DNA of 64,000 bases from Malacoraja senta (GCA_038087875.1 CM075989.1:17238001-17302000); one strand, 5' to 3'. Shown: positions 1-14,098, counted from the first letter of the stretch. Numbers and translations are program-made. Notes: generated by a model from the letters alone, not told the origin.

Positions 1-702
1 CCATCCACTTTTCAATACTTAAAGAAAACAACCCCACAAAAAGTTATTTGAAAGAGATATAAACATTGCCTAAAGCTTGACAAGCCTTCTAATTCTGTTC
101 AATTGGTTCCAGAAAGTACATAAATGTTTAATGTTTCGAGCCAAACACATTATCACAAATTAGTTTCTGGTCTAAATTCCACTGGGACAGGGCCCTGTAT
201 TAAATTGTATTTCTACGACATCCTTCATTACCACAGGGGCAAGGTAAACAGAGCAGATTTTATTTTAATGGAAGTGTGACACACTGGTTTCTGAATAAGG
301 CAGATCCATGTTAGTTGCCTTTGAAAACCATAAAAATCATACTTGATATAAAACACAGTAATGACCTATCAGCATATGTTTTATCGCTGGTTGAGGCTAG
401 AACTGTACTTGAACATGTGTTTAATTCATAAAATGTGTGTGATGCTTCTAAAAACTGATGCTGATGCTCTTGTGTTAATTGAGTCTGCTTTCAGCAATTG
501 ATGTTAAGCTGAGTAATTCATTATCCTGAGTGCTCAACATACTGGCTCCATTCAGAGCTATTACAATAACATCCTTTCATGCACAGAACAGCTCAGTGGG
601 AATGGTTAGAATGTTTCTGACAGATATTTTCAACAATAACTTTTATTTATTGTTAGCTTTCTTCTTTTCTGCATTTGATTGAGGATTGTACTTGAGAACT
701 TC

Positions 703-999
703 GGGCGGCACAGTGGCGCAGCGGTAGAGTTGGTGCCTCACCCGGGTTCGATCCTGACTATGGGTGCAGTCTATATGGAGTTTGAACGTTCTCTGGGTGA
801 CCGCGTGGGTTTTCCCTGGGTGCTCCGGTTTCCTCCCACACACCAAAGATACACAGGTTTGTAGGTTAATTGGCTTTGGTGAAAATTGTAAATTGACCGT
901 GGTGTGTAGGATAGTGTTAGTGTTCAGGGACCACTGGTTGGCGAGGACTCGGTGGGCCAAAGGGCCTGGTTCTACGTTGTATCTCTGAACTAAACTAAA
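703..999 (+). mobile_element. tRNA-derived V-SINE (HE1-like)
   Basis: A box TGGCGCAGCGG, B box GGTTCGATCC, central GGGTGCTCCGGTTTCCTCCCACA domain, CR1-type 3' end and (CTAAA)n tail. About 20 related copies occur in the window. Confidence 0.85.
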
Positions 1000-2702
1000 A
1001 CTTGCTCAATGGCAGCATTAGACACTCACAGGAGATGAGCATAGCACTCTTGCCCCATCCAACATAAAGCTTGTTGTACAGAACACCTCCCCATGCACCG
1101 GACTGGCATTTACCCAACCTTCCACCCCACATGCTCCCGACCTCTCAAAAAGTGACACTGCCCACTTGTGCCACACTGCTTGAAGCCCCTGCCTCGATTT
1201 GTTTTGTGATGGACCCTAATCCCCATGCAGCATTGTCAACAGTGGGTCAGGAGGGCTGTGGGTTCAGGTCAGTCTCCACACAGGCTGACGTGGCTGCAGA
1301 GGAAGAATGTGGGACACATTGACCGAGGGAATATCCCAGAGGGAGATCTCAACAGCACGTTCTGGCCCATCCTGCCTCTGCCCACCCAGAAATTATTCAT
1401 TCCTGTCCAATCCCCTAAACAGTTCCTTTGTTTCAATTATTTCTCCACTTTCCTTGCAAAAAGGCTAGCCAAACCAACACTGTCAACAAATCTAACCACA
1501 TCCTTTTAACTCCCCAAATTGAATGGTTTCCTGTACACACAGTTGACACATGGAGTTATAAAACATGGAAACAGGGCCTTTGGCCAAACTCATCCATTAC
1601 GACCACGGTGCTTTCTAGAGATAATCCCATTTGCCTGCATTTGGCCCATCTTCCTCTTTACTGTCCACGTTTTTGTCTGCCTTTTAAACATTGTAACTGT
1701 GCTCTCCTCTGCCCTTTCCATATGCTCACCATCCTCCGTGTGAAAACGTTTCTTGCACATCATATACGTCCATAGGGTTGCATGAACCTCAGGTTCTTTG
1801 ATAAATGCTACCCTGGCTACTGCAATATTATCTCTAGGTTTCTTGCGCCAAGCTCTCTCACAGCCACACCCTTCTGTTCAAGCCACACCCTCTGTTCCTG
1901 ACCAGATCGCTTCATAGCATTTAATCTAAGGAGTTTTCGAAAACCAAAATCCCCAGGTGAAATTTTCCCTCCTTGATGACTCCCAGTGCCTACTTTTTTT
2001 GTAGGTGCTGGCTGCATAACAATGGCCTCAACAATGTGTGATCTTGCCACAATGGCGAGCTGGCAGTGAGCAATGAAAACCCACGCGGTCACGGGGAGAA
2101 CGTACAAACTCAATACAGTTAAGATCGAGCATGGGTCTCTGGCACTGTAAGGCCGCAACACTACCACTGCGTCACTGCGCCGCCCTAGTTGTTGATAAAT
2201 ATTGTGGCTCATTGGTGTCCAGGATGGGATCTCAATTGAATCACAGACACTTCCCTGGACACTTCCCTTATTATGTATCTATACACTGTAAACGGATCAA
2301 AATGTAATCACGTATTGTCTTTCCGCTGACTGGATAGCACGCAACAAAAACATTTTTCACTGTTCCTTGGTACACGTGACAATAAATTAAACTAACTAAA
2401 CTAAACTAACTGGAAATGTCAACAAGAAGATAATACCACTGATCTGATCTCCATGACGACACATAACTTCATGAAGGATAAGACCATCAGATAGGTTGTA
2501 TTAACCTCATAACCTCTTTGAAATTGCTTTTCTGTGTCATTTCACAGAGACAGCAAGAATTATAAGGCGACCTACATTAAATTAGCATACGAAGCAATGC
2601 CATATGTACGTATTTATCTGTGAGCTAACATCAATGAATGAATAGATCTGTCATGTTACGAATGCTTGCTCTTTAAAACAAAGCTCCAGTGTAGGTGCTC
2701 AC

Positions 2703-2830
2703 CTTGCATTTGCCATTCACACAGAGATCTGTCTCGTACGGTCCACATGGAGTGCCATCCAGAACTCGCTCAGCTATCAGGACAGGGGACTCTTTCCCAA
2801 AGGGGGAGCAAAACAAAGCACAAGGCATGT
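2703..2830 (-). CDS. ADAMTS17: ADAMTS17 exon 14-equivalent (128 nt), Cys-rich domain; absent from the ORF track in this frame
   Basis: Read by hand. Acceptor cttctttctttttcag|AC. Encodes (D)[42 protein letters not shown]. Donor AAG|gtgagc. Confidence 0.95.
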
Positions 2831-3371
2831 CTGAAAAAGAAAGAAGTTCTGCTTAGCAAAGTCAGATCACATCCCGTTGGTAACATCTCATGGCATGGAT
2901 CCAGTTTCTTGCAGTTACAAGGAGAGGCAATGTTACAATAAGGGAATGAATTCAAATAGGATTAATATTTAATAAATGAATACAGCAGACCTTTAAATGA
3001 TCCTTGGTCTGAATAAATCATCCTTGGACTATCTCTGTAACTTGTGCAACAATTACACTCTGCTCCACAGGCCAAAATAATTTGGGTGACGTCTGTCCCG
3101 CTGTTGAATTCATAATGTGGGCAACTTGTGGTGTCAGATGTGCTGACAAGTCAGTTAGATGTTTGGGTTTACTTTATATAATCTTGCTCACATTGAGAGC
3201 CCAAGTCTACTATGTTCAGTTTAGTTTGGTTTACTTTATTGCCACATGTGCCGAGGTACAGCGAAAAGCTTTTGTTGCATGCTATCCAGTCAGCAGAAAG
3301 ACCACACATGATTACGATCCACACTGTACAGATACATGATAAAGGGAATAATGTTACGTGCGAGATATAGT

Positions 3372-3660
3372 TGAAGAATAAGGAGTAAGCCATTTAGAAC
3401 GGAGACGAGGAACTTTTTCTCACAGAGAGTGGTGAGTCTGGAATTCTCTGCCTCAGAGGGCAGTGGAGGCAGGTTCTCTGGATGCTTTCAAGAGAGAGCT
3501 AGATAGGGCTCTTAAAAATAGTGGAGTCAGGGGATATGGGGAGAAGGCAGGAACGGGGTACTGATTTGGGATGATCAGACATGATCACATTGAATGGCGG
3601 TGCTGGCTCAAAGGGCCAAATGGCCTACTCCTGCACCTATTGTCTATTGTCTATTGTCTA
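3372..3660 (+). mobile_element. CR1 3' fragment with (CTATTGT)n tail, nested in a minus-strand Rex1-like 3' end (about 3215-3715)
   Basis: CR1 ORF2 end and 3' stem-loop. The host repeat resumes at 3661. Confidence 0.75.
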
Positions 3661-5950
3661 TAAAGTCCAGTAAAGTCCGATTAAAGATAGTCCGAGAGTC
3701 TCCAATGAGGTAGCTAGTACGGTAGCTTTAAATTCTTGCTATATCTACTAATTATTGAAGATGTCCATCTGATCTGATACATTTATTTCTAAGATTTAGT
3801 GCTGTGTTTGTCGCAATGGCTTTGTAAGAAAGTAGAAACAAAGACCTGCAGATGCTGATTAACTACACACAAGGACATAACATGCTGGGGTAATCCAGCA
3901 GGCCAAGTGGCATCTCTGGACATGTCTGAAGAAGGGTCTCCACCCAAAATGTCACATATCCATGTTCTCCCGAGATGCTGCCTGACCTGCTGAGTTACTC
4001 CAGCGGTGTGTGTCCTTTTATTAAGAAGAGCCTATCCATCTGTCAATGCACCAGATATTTCTCTGCAAACCTCAATGAAATATGTTTATTTGTAGGGTGC
4101 TATGAAATGATCACATTACTTATTTTGACCAACGGTGCAACTGTTAAACTAAGAATAATCCCAGACTAATCTCATTTTATTTTCCCCACATTCTCATCCA
4201 CTCTCCCCAGAGTCGACTCCTCACCCGCACACAACACTGGTTTGCCTTGGAAAGTATGTAGCTCCCTGACACCGTTGCTGGTAGCTCTGCATCCTTTGCA
4301 CCCTAAATTATTTTCTAACTGATGGACTGGTCAACATTAGGGAGGGGAGGGCCGATGGTTGAAGTGCAGATTCCTACGGAGTTATTCAAGGCTTGTTTCT
4401 CATTCATGTTGTTGGAAGTAAGACTGGGGGGACTGGGAGATGGAAGGAATGGAAACAACTGCAACTCAGAAGAAAAACGAAGAAAGAGTGAACCTAACAA
4501 AACCAACTAATGCTGCAAAGGATAGTGAAAATACTAAGTAAAGGTAAAATTATCTTCTTAAAGCAACTGCTTCTTCTTGAGAGGCAGTTCTTACCATGAA
4601 CTGTGCTTGGCCACAATGGCCTCTTCATTTCACTAAACAGGCAGCCATGGAATGGTGCCATGTGATGCACATGGATCGCAACACAATGAAATGTTGGCTT
4701 CTCTCCCTGCAGCAGGAAGCGTTCAGCATGCTACATTCTTCTTGGAAAAGCCACAGAACCACCTTGTATCCCAGGAAATCTGCTTTGCCCGCATGGAACA
4801 GGGAGGGGACAAACTTGTTTTTTCTACAGACATCTCTCAATTACTACCATCCTTCTCAGCACAAGGCGTGACTAGCCAGTGGTGAGTTTTCACATTGATC
4901 ATGCTCAAACTATTAGTTTTTATCAGGGATAGTCAACGCCGTTATAGCTCAGTTATAACACGGTCTCGATGTAAAGGTAGTGGGAGAAAAGGTATAAGGA
5001 CACAAAGTGCTGGAGTACCTCAGCAGATCAGGCAGCGTCTCTGGAGAACATGGATAGGTGAAGTTTCGGGTGGTTAAGGCTACTCACTAGAGACCTTACA
5101 TTTGTACCACTTATCCATTGTCTTCAGAAATGCTGCCTGCTGTATCTGTATCTCTAAACTAAATTTGAGGAACAGGCACAGTGACCGCTACACTTTTCCA
5201 GCATTTTTTATCATTTCTCCCATGTGTGCAGGGACTTGAAATGGCCGCAAGGGTTTACCGATCAGATATCTATCCTACTTTGCCTGGTTCATTAAAAGTT
5301 GTTTGAGGGCCCTGCCGATTTCCCACACTGTTTGCCGGCTTTACTTGAACGACAGAATCGGCGGCCCTTGATACATGGGACATGCACCACTTAAGATGGA
5401 TCCAAATGTTTAATTTGCAAGGGATTCCCTAACGCAAATGTACCAGAGTCTACGTCCCTCCAGCATGAAGCAATAAGGGAAGTCCAACAGAGACATTTTT
5501 TTAAAATCCTTCCCCGTCACTTGCAAGGAAACAAGGTTCGATTTATTTCACCATCGCATGTTATTCACTTCAAAATAAATCTTTGGCAATTCAGGATGTG
5601 AACTGTAAGATGTGATTCATCATTCTGCGCACACAAATATGGCAAATATTACACTCTGCTAAATCAGGGCAAGGAGCAGTCTGTTCAGTCACTAAATCCA
5701 GATTTGTCAAAAGTAACACATGTTCCCTCTCCCTCCATGTATGCTGTTGAAGGGCGCAATCTGTCCTGAATTTAGCAAGCGCCCAGCTCTGCCATGGCAG
5801 TCTCTCCATCTCTCTGCCTTCCAATACAAGTTCACAGGATGACTGTGAAGAATAGCAGCCATTTGGGCCACAAATTCACACCAGCTATAGTGTTTAATGG
5901 TTACAAGAGGGTGATGTTCATCTTCCTGCATGCTGATATATTGCAGATTT

Positions 5951-6260
5951 AGTGCAGCGGTAGAGTTGCTGCCTTACAGTGCCAGGGACCCGGGTTCAAT
6001 CCTGACTACGGGTGCTGTCTGTACGGAGTTTGTACGTTCTCCCCGTGACCGCGTGAGTTTTCTCCAAGTGATCCGGTTTTTCTCCCACACTCCAAAGGCG
6101 TACAGGTTTTTAGGCTAATTGGCTGCAGTAAAAAATGTAAATTGTGTCTAGTGTGTGTGTGTGTGTGTGTAGGATAATGTTAGTATAAGGGGATTGCTGG
6201 TCGGAGCAGACACGGTCGGCCGAAGGGCCTGTTTCTGCGCTGTATCTCTGAACTAAAATA
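5951..6260 (+). mobile_element. HE1-like V-SINE with an internal (GT)n expansion
   Basis: Same body and tail as the copy at 703-999. Confidence 0.85.
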
Positions 6261-6689
6261 AACAAATTAAAAACTCATTTGATATAAGGGGTGCAGGTTG
6301 GCCCAGGAAGAATTTAGGTGAGTGCCAGTTATGTTACCATGGGCCAATTTCAATAGCACTATGTTTGGAAGAGAGAACCAAAGTCAAAATACTAGCATGC
6401 CTGAGCTGTTGCTTTGACTGAGAAACAGCCAAGTCTCAATCCCTCCAGACTTGGCTGTACACTAGCGTTTTATACAAACTATTGTGCAGGGCTGGAAACT
6501 TCAACGGCCAACTTTCCAGTTTTAATAAGCTTTTCGCACCAAGCAATCAGCCAGTTTGCAACATGACATTGTTCCGATTTTCACTGCTAATTCTTCATAA
6601 GATCAGTCAGCTATGAGAGGTGCTGTTCAGCCGTTGAAAGCCTTCTTCTTGACTGGAACATGCATGCCAGTGTGGCTCTCATAATAGGT

Positions 6690-6995
6690 TTATGTTATAG
6701 GAGCAAAATTAGGCCATTCGACCTAGCAAGTCTAGTCCGCCATTCAATCATGGCTGGTCTATCTTTCCCTCTCAACCCCATTCTTCTGCCTACTCCCCTT
6801 AACCCCTGACACGATTAATAATCAAGTATCTGTCAAACTCCGTCATAAGAATATCCATCGACTTGGCCTCCACAACCATCTGTGGCAATGAATTCCACAA
6901 ACTCACCACCCTCTAAGTTAAGAAATTCCTTCTCATCTTTCTAAAGGTACATCCTTTTATTCTGAGGCAATGGCCTCTGGTTCTGGACTCTCCTA
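6690..6995 (-). mobile_element. CR1 3' fragment (similar short copies near 8950-9225, 11970-12160, 12530-12660, 46100-46220, 49245-49450, 54610-54900, 55445-55640, 63650-64000)
   Basis: Recurrent CR1 3' sequence ggggagaaggcaggagaatggggttgagagggaaagatagatcagccatgattgaatggcgg and variants. Confidence 0.75.
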
Positions 6996-8521
6996 AATGG
7001 ATCATTCTCTGAAACCACTGGACGTTTGCCCTCAAAATGCTACGCTATTTCCTGCCTTCAAGTTAATCCTCTGTTGAAAGCTGTACTTTGCACTGAATTA
7101 CAGAGAATCTGCTGCCATTTGGGCCACAATTTCACCTCAGCTATTGTGCTTCATGATTTTAAGAGGGTGATTTTCATCTTCCCGATTGCTGATATATTGC
7201 AGATCTGCTGCTTGTTCGGGATTCATTTTTATTTTCATAGATTTCAAAGAGTGGTGAAAGTAAAAGTTACACCTACCCCTCCCCAACTTCCCCACGGTCA
7301 CTTGTGCCAAATAAAATTTAATTTATTCCAAATTCCAGGAAAGAGCCACTTGGCAAGTTGTGGGTCAGAGTTCTAAGCAACTTGGCAACCTGGCAACTCT
7401 CCACCATCTTTTCCAAGCCAGTGAGAAACAGTCCCATCTTTCTTTCCAGCTCGTGAAAAGTTTACAAAATAACAAGAGGGTTCTCTGTTGTTCAACACTT
7501 GGGAAAAGTGAACATGGCATAATCGTCTCAAGTTGCAGATGACCAACCTTGCCTCGTTTGCACATGTGGTGCTTTAGGACATTAAAATAAGTGTGGAAAC
7601 AAATTTGGTTGGAATTAATTGAAAATTGGAGAAGAATTTAAACAAAAAAGGGCAAGAGTAGTCGCGTCGTTCAATTCTCACTTTGGAAACACTTTCCTCA
7701 GCTATTTATTCACTGCTCGTAAAATCAGCAAAGCTTTCCATCCCTGACCACACACAAAGGGAGAACGTACAATCTCCATACAGACAGCACCCTTAGTCAG
7801 GATAGAATGCGGGTCTTTGGCACCGTAAGGCAGCAACTCTACCGCTGCACCATCTCAATTCTAACCTTACTCCAGAATTGAAGGCAGAAGTGAATTGTCC
7901 AAAAATTTTGGATTTCATTCATCTCTTCAGGTAAATACAAATTATCCCATCACACCATTGATAAGGACGGGGGAAGTTTCCCCAAATGCTATCAGCCTCC
8001 CTCCTTCAAAGACCACCACCAACATGGAATATCTGGTCGGTTGTCTCATCACTTTCGGAGGGCATTGCTCTGTAAAAATACCAAAAGCATTTGCCCACAA
8101 TTCAAAAGTGCTAATTGGAATATGTACTGTAAAAGAAACACTGGTATTCTTATTTGCAGCATCATAACAGGTCTGTAAAACCAGTGCTCATAGATAACAT
8201 AATTAACAAAAAAACTCAATAAATTAAAAAGAAAATAATATTGGAGCAAAAAAACCCATTGAAGTCCCTAGTGCAACCAAGAGAGTTCATAGTTCGCAGT
8301 TTAGCTAATTAGTTAATGCTTATTCAACAGTGACTGCGCCCCAAAGCCACATTATTGTTTATGAAGTATGTTTAGTCATGGTGATGGGGTGGGGATAGTT
8401 TCGGGTAAGTTGTAACTTAAGGTACCCTCAGGAACTTGCAGAGGAATTAACCAAAAGGTTAAACAACCTTTCCATCAGCGACCTATGGCAGTGCAGAGGT
8501 TTTTATTTAACACATGCTCAC

Positions 8522-8688
8522 CATCGTTGAGGACTGCAGTCCAGTGTTTTCTCTTCTTTTGACCTTGCCTGTCCTGGGACTGGCATTGCTGATCTCGGAA
8601 GTTGCGCAGCCCCTTGGTGCAGTGTACATTCTCACAGACCTTATGCTCTACATTGGCTCCCAGACAGTTTGTTCCTCCTGGACCTGGG
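8522..8688 (-). CDS. ADAMTS17: ADAMTS17 exon 13-equivalent (167 nt): TSR1 end and Cys-rich domain
   Basis: Acceptor gtgctttctag|C CCA GGT. Encodes PGPGGTNCLGANVEHKVCENVHCTKGLRNFRDQQCQSQDRQGQKKRKHWTAVLND. Donor G|gtgagc. Confidence 0.95.
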
Positions 8689-9483
8689 CTAGAAAGCACA
8701 AAGCGCAAAGCATCGTCAAACTTGTACTTACCCAGGCACGCACCACTCAATGGCCTTCTCCATTCTTGCCATCCTCACAGAGAGGGATGCAGCACAGAAA
8801 CAGGCCATTTGGCCCATTGAGTCCACGATGGACCTTCAACCATCCATTCACATTAATCCCATTTCTTACCTTTGTTTATTAAACTAATTGCAGGGCGAGT
8901 AGTTAGTTGGTAACTATTTTCACTTACTTGCCATTAATAATTCCAGGTACCCACAAAAAAACTTATCCCACACATCTATAAACTTTGTCCCTCTCACAGT
9001 AAAGCTAAACTCTCTAGCATTTGACACTTCCATCCTGGGGAAAAAAGATTCTGACTGTCTACCCTATCTACACCTTTCATTATTTTATGCATCAATCCTT
9101 CAACCTCCGGCAAATCCAAGTTTGTCCAAACTCTCTTTATAACTCATACCCACTAATCCAGGCAGCATTATGGTAAAGCTCCTCTGCACCCTTTAAAGCT
9201 TCCACATCTTTCCTGTAATGGGGCGACACGATAATTTGTACACAACTGCGAAGTAAGAACTAACCAAACATTAATCACAAACTTTGCTACCGTCTTGGGG
9301 TAATTCTTGCTTCTAAAGCACAATTGAGGTGAAGGAGTGGCTTCCTGTATTTAACACATGCCACTGACACTGAAGAATTGGCACCATGTGCCTGGGCTTA
9401 GGGTTGCCAGATGCACATGGCCAAAGGCAACCATCTCAGCACAATGAGAACTCACAGCCCGCCTTCTGGTGGAATCAACTTAC

Positions 9484-9629
9484 GGGGGGTTGTCGCATTT
9501 TCTTTGCCTGAACCTGGCTCCGGTTCCACAGGTGCGGCTGCACATACTCCACTGGCTCCAGCTGTTCCAGTCGCCATCCAGGTGCTCAGGGATAGGCGTT
9601 TTGCTGACGCACTGCCCTGCTCTGCACCA
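9484..9629 (-). CDS. ADAMTS17: ADAMTS17 exon 12-equivalent (146 nt): start of thrombospondin type-1 repeat
   Basis: Acceptor tgtcttgtcgttcaag|TGG (an AAG acceptor). Encodes [48 protein letters not shown], with the WxxWxxW and CSRTC TSR motifs. Donor CC|gtaagt. Confidence 0.95.
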
Positions 9630-9875
9630 CTTGAACGACAAGACAGAGCCTTTGTTAAAATCTGCACCAGCACACCCACAAAGTGATTTCAAAATCCAAT
9701 CATTTATAGTAGACTGATTCAAGAAACATCCCAAGAGGTTACTGGAAAGTTAGGAGGTGACCAAGCTGAGGGATGTGGAACAGAGATTGTGATATGTATT
9801 GATGGTGGACCTCCCATATTACTAATATATTGTGCAGGAAAGCCTTTCTCTCCGAGTCAAATTGGATATGAAATC

Positions 9876-10199
9876 TTTAGTTTTTAAATTTAGTTTAGAG
9901 ATACAGCGTGGAAACAGGCCCATCAGCCCATCGATTCCACACCGACCACCGATCCTCACATTAACATTGTCCTACACAGACTAGGGACAATTTACATTTA
10001 TACCAAGCCAATTAACCTACAAACCTGTACATCTTTGGAGTGTGGGAGGAAACCAAAGATCTCGTAGAAAACCCATGCGGTCACGGGGAGAATGAACAAT
10101 CTCGGTACAGACAGCACCCATAGTTGGGATCAAACCCGGGTCTCTGGCGCTGTAAGCATTATAAGGCAGCAACTCTACAGCTGCGCTGCCGTGCTGCCC
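9876..10199 (-). mobile_element. HE1-like V-SINE
   Basis: Reverse complement of the same family. Confidence 0.85.
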
Positions 10200-12796
10200 T
10201 GTTGAGTAAAACTCTGATAGTCGGGAATCCAAGTGTTTGGGAGTTCTGCTGGTTTGACATTGGGCTCACTCATTCGACCACAATGTGAGCTGGGAGTCCC
10301 GGGTTGGACGCTGGACAATGGGGTTGGGTTGTTATTGGAGACAGGGTCCAGCAGACCAGTGGGCAGGTTTGCATCCAGAGCCAAGGTCCGGTGTACTTGC
10401 ACATCTGCTTCTGTTAAACTCTCCGGGTTCACTGGAAAATCTATTATAATATGGCGTAGCATGTAAAAAAGTGCAAAACATGTATAAAGAAGAAACTACA
10501 GATGCTGGTTTACAAAAAAGACATAAAGTGCTGGATAAACTCGATGGGACAAGCAGTATCTTTGGAAAACATTGATAGATGGGGCACGTAGGTCGGCGAG
10601 GGCACGTTGGGCCGAAGGGTGTGCTTCCACGCTCCATGACTCTATGACTCAAGTAAAAAAACTCTTGAGCACTAGTGATGTGGCCCAGATTTGCGTGGTG
10701 GTGCTAAAGTGACTTGTGCTGGTACCCACTTCTTCACACACTGCTTCCCATCACCAAATACACAGGGTCTCAGTGGCAGAGATTGATCCAATGACGGTTA
10801 ATTTTCGTGCTTTAGACTAAACTCCATTGCAATGCAAGCTGAACCGTTCCTCTATCTGAAACTTCCAATTTCTAATTTGCAATAAAATGCCACATGCCAT
10901 TCCAGAGTAACTCCAGGTATGATCGACCCGGAGCTCTATTCTGCTGCAAGATAACTTGCAACCCTTTACATTGCAGCCTGCTGAATTGAAACATTCCATT
11001 AACCTTCACGATTGTTTTTTGTAACTTTCCTCTGGCTATTATTGAGTTGTGTGCATGGATTCCCAAATCTCTTAGCTCCATCTCTTTCGTCGCCACTGCT
11101 CCTTCGATTTAAAAGCAGGACAAGCTGTGCCTCAGCAAAGATAAGTGGTATGTACCGAGGCCAATTCACATCTCATTCCCTGTTACACTTAGTTATCATC
11201 AGCTGCAGAATTTCACCTCAAAGAGGCCTCTAAAAAAGACTTTGCTGAACCTTGACTGTACTTGGCACGGGTTCAGCTGGGGTCACAGGAACTGAGGCCT
11301 CAAGATTTACATCAAAAGTTATTCAAACTCTCTGAAGCGTGCATTTGCCTTACCAGAGAAGCTGGAGCAAGTGAGGTAAAAGTTCAGTACAAGGACACTG
11401 TCCCCAGCGTGGATTGTGGAGTAAGTTTCTGAGGGCTGTATCCTGGGGCAGTACTGCCAGTCCCAACACCTGCCACTTGGACTCTGCCCCCCACTTGGAG
11501 ATGGGAAACAGTGCTTAAAATTGGTTGGCTGTCCACACAGAGCATTTAGCACCAGGTTAGGGATCTGTTTCTGAGGGAAATTACACATCTTCGGGGCCAG
11601 CTCTCGCCATACGCCCCTTGTTCTTGTTCCTGGCCCCACATCCTGTAAACAAAACATTCCTCCAGTGGGTAGTACACAAACGCACGGGAAACTTGGTTCT
11701 CTGATCACCACTTCCGAAATTCTCCTTGGATGGACACATGTGGTGGAGCAGTCAGTGGCCTCAGTGTCTTATACAGCCATGGACCCACTGTAAGATGCTC
11801 TCAATCTGTAGGTGGGTGGTAGTATCTTGGGATTTAATGGGAATGTGGGGGGATAAACATTTGGGGTTAATGTCGGATTCGTGCAAATGGGGGGTTGAGG
11901 GTTTGAGTGGACTCACGGCGTAAAGGGTCTGTTTCTGTGCTGTATGATACTACGACAATATGCATTTCATAAGTTCATAAGTTCAAGGAGTGGAATTAGG
12001 CCATTCGGTCCATCAAGTCTACCCCACCATTCAATCATGGCTGATCTATCTTTCCTTCATAACCCCATTCTCTTGCCTTTCTTCACAACCCCTGACACTC
12101 TTACTAATCAAGAATTTGTCAAACTCCACCTTAAAAATGTCCATTGACTTGGCCTCCACGGCTGGCCCATGTGCTCCAGAGATGCTGCTTGACCTGCTGA
12201 GTTAAGCCAATATTTTGTGTTGTTTTGTGTATTATCTAGCATCTGCAATTCTTTGTTCCTACAACCCACCAACCAATGCATCATATAGGATGTGGGAGGA
12301 AACAGAAGCACCCTGAAGAAACCTATGGAGAATGTGCAGACTTCACCTGAATCACGATTAAACCCATACTACTGGAGCTATGAGGCAAGAATCCAGAGGA
12401 AGGGTCTCAACCCAAAATGTTGACTGTCCATTTTGCTGAGTTACAGAGCTCCAAATACTCTCCTTTTTTTGTTGCAAATTCAGCTGCAGTCTGTTTGTTC
12501 AACAAGCAGTTTGTTCACTCACAACGGGTGTCAGGGGTTATGGGGAGAAGGCAGGAGAATGGGGTTGAGAGGGAAAGATAGATTAGCCATGATTGAATGG
12601 CCGAATAGACTTGATGGGCCAAATGGCCTAATTCTGCTCCTATCACATGAATTTATGAACCGATGTACATGGCCACCGTCCCAGGTTTTCTGGAATAGGA
12701 CTCAGAGTGCTTGGCCCATGGTAAATCTATAAAAGCGTCTCACACAAATGCACAGTAATACTGGGTCTAATAGAACACGACTGGCCGTGAACTCAC

Positions 12797-12898
12797 TTTG
12801 TCAACACCACACTCCGTTCCGTCTAAGGGAGAATCCAATTTTGTTTTGCATGGCAGGTCTTCCTCCACCAGACACCAGAGACCAGAACACATCAAATG
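12797..12898 (-). CDS. ADAMTS17: ADAMTS17 exon 11-equivalent (102 nt), disintegrin-like domain; absent from the ORF track
   Basis: Read by hand. Acceptor cttcttttatttcag|CAT. Encodes [34 protein letters not shown]. Donor AAA|gtgagt. Phase 0-0. Confidence 0.95.
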
Positions 12899-13826
12899 CT
12901 GAAATAAAAGAAGATTCGATGGTTAGAGCACAGAGCTATGAAATATCTCAAATCTGTCATTGAGTCAGTAAACAAAAATACAGATCATCAAATGTTATAA
13001 TCAAATCAAATGTGTCTGAAGAAGGGTTCTGGCCCATCCTTTTTCTCTTGAGATGCTGCCTTCGTCCAGCACTTTTTGTCTATTTCCATCAAATTTTACA
13101 GTCACCTCGCTCGAAGATTATTTGCTCCCATAGAGTCATAGAGTCAGGGAGTGGAAACAGGAACTATGGCCCAACTTGCCCAGACCGACCAGTGAACTAT
13201 GAACCGTCTCTGTGAAGTGGGAGACTTTACTTTGTTTTCAGCAGTTGTTTTGGTCTCGACAGTGTTCAGAGCCGTAGACATCGCCCCACCCACCATTCGC
13301 CCCAGAATACGAGCACCAATTGGAACCTGTCGACCCTGGAATATCACCAGCGGGGAGCAGCCAAGCCCAGATCATGGGGACAATCTGACACAGTGCGCGC
13401 AGCATTGGCAACAGAGTGGGAACTATCCCTGGCCTCATGTTACCAGATAATGGATACAAATCAGTAATATAAACCACTTGTCTAAGCAGTGTGCAGATCA
13501 AGGAAATTGGATGTAAATTCTGTATGGAAACAGATGTTGAAGCAATGTTAGCCTTTTATGCATTGTCTACCAGGCCAGTCAATTATTCCATACAAATAAT
13601 ATTTCCACCTTGGTTGCTGCTGTAAAGAGTCAGAGATAAACAAGAATTGAATTCCTTCCTAATCAGCTTCAGATTTGATTGAATGCACCCCTGGCTCCCT
13701 GTGAGCTTTCCCAGCTGCTGATTGCAGACATCCAACATCACTAATTAAGCTGCTGGGCTCCAGAAGTGCCATTCCTCCCCATATTCTGCTGGTTCCTTGC
13801 ACGTTACTTATTCACACACCTTCACA

Positions 13827-14098
13827 GGGCAGCGTAGCGGTAGAGTTGCTGCCTTTCAGCGCCAAGACCCGGGTTTGATTCTGACTACGGGTGCTTGTCT
13901 GTACGGAGTTTGTATGTTCTCCCCCGTGACCTGCGTGGGTTTCCTCCCACACTCCAAAGATGTACAGGTTTGTAGGCTACTTGGCTTGATATAATTGTAA
14001 ATTGTCCCTAGTGTGTGGGACGGTGCTAGTGTATGGGGATCGCTGGTCGGTGCGGACTGGGTGGGCCGAAGGGCCTGTTTCCGCACTGTATCTCTAAA
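13827..14098 (+). mobile_element. HE1-like V-SINE
   Basis: Same family, with small internal deletions. Confidence 0.85.

Noticed and set aside
703..780. tRNA-like A/B boxes here and at about 20 other sites
   Set aside because: These are SINE heads continuing into SINE bodies, not cloverleaf tRNA genes.
11580..11660. Acceptor-like gttttgtttacag in intron 11
   Set aside because: Exons 11 and 12 already join in frame as in the known protein, and the downstream peptide is unrecognisable.
13144..13501. Overlapping short ORFs in GC-richer unique sequence upstream of exon 11
   Set aside because: No recognisable domain, no convincing splice pair, and no gap in the ADAMTS17 protein for it to fill.
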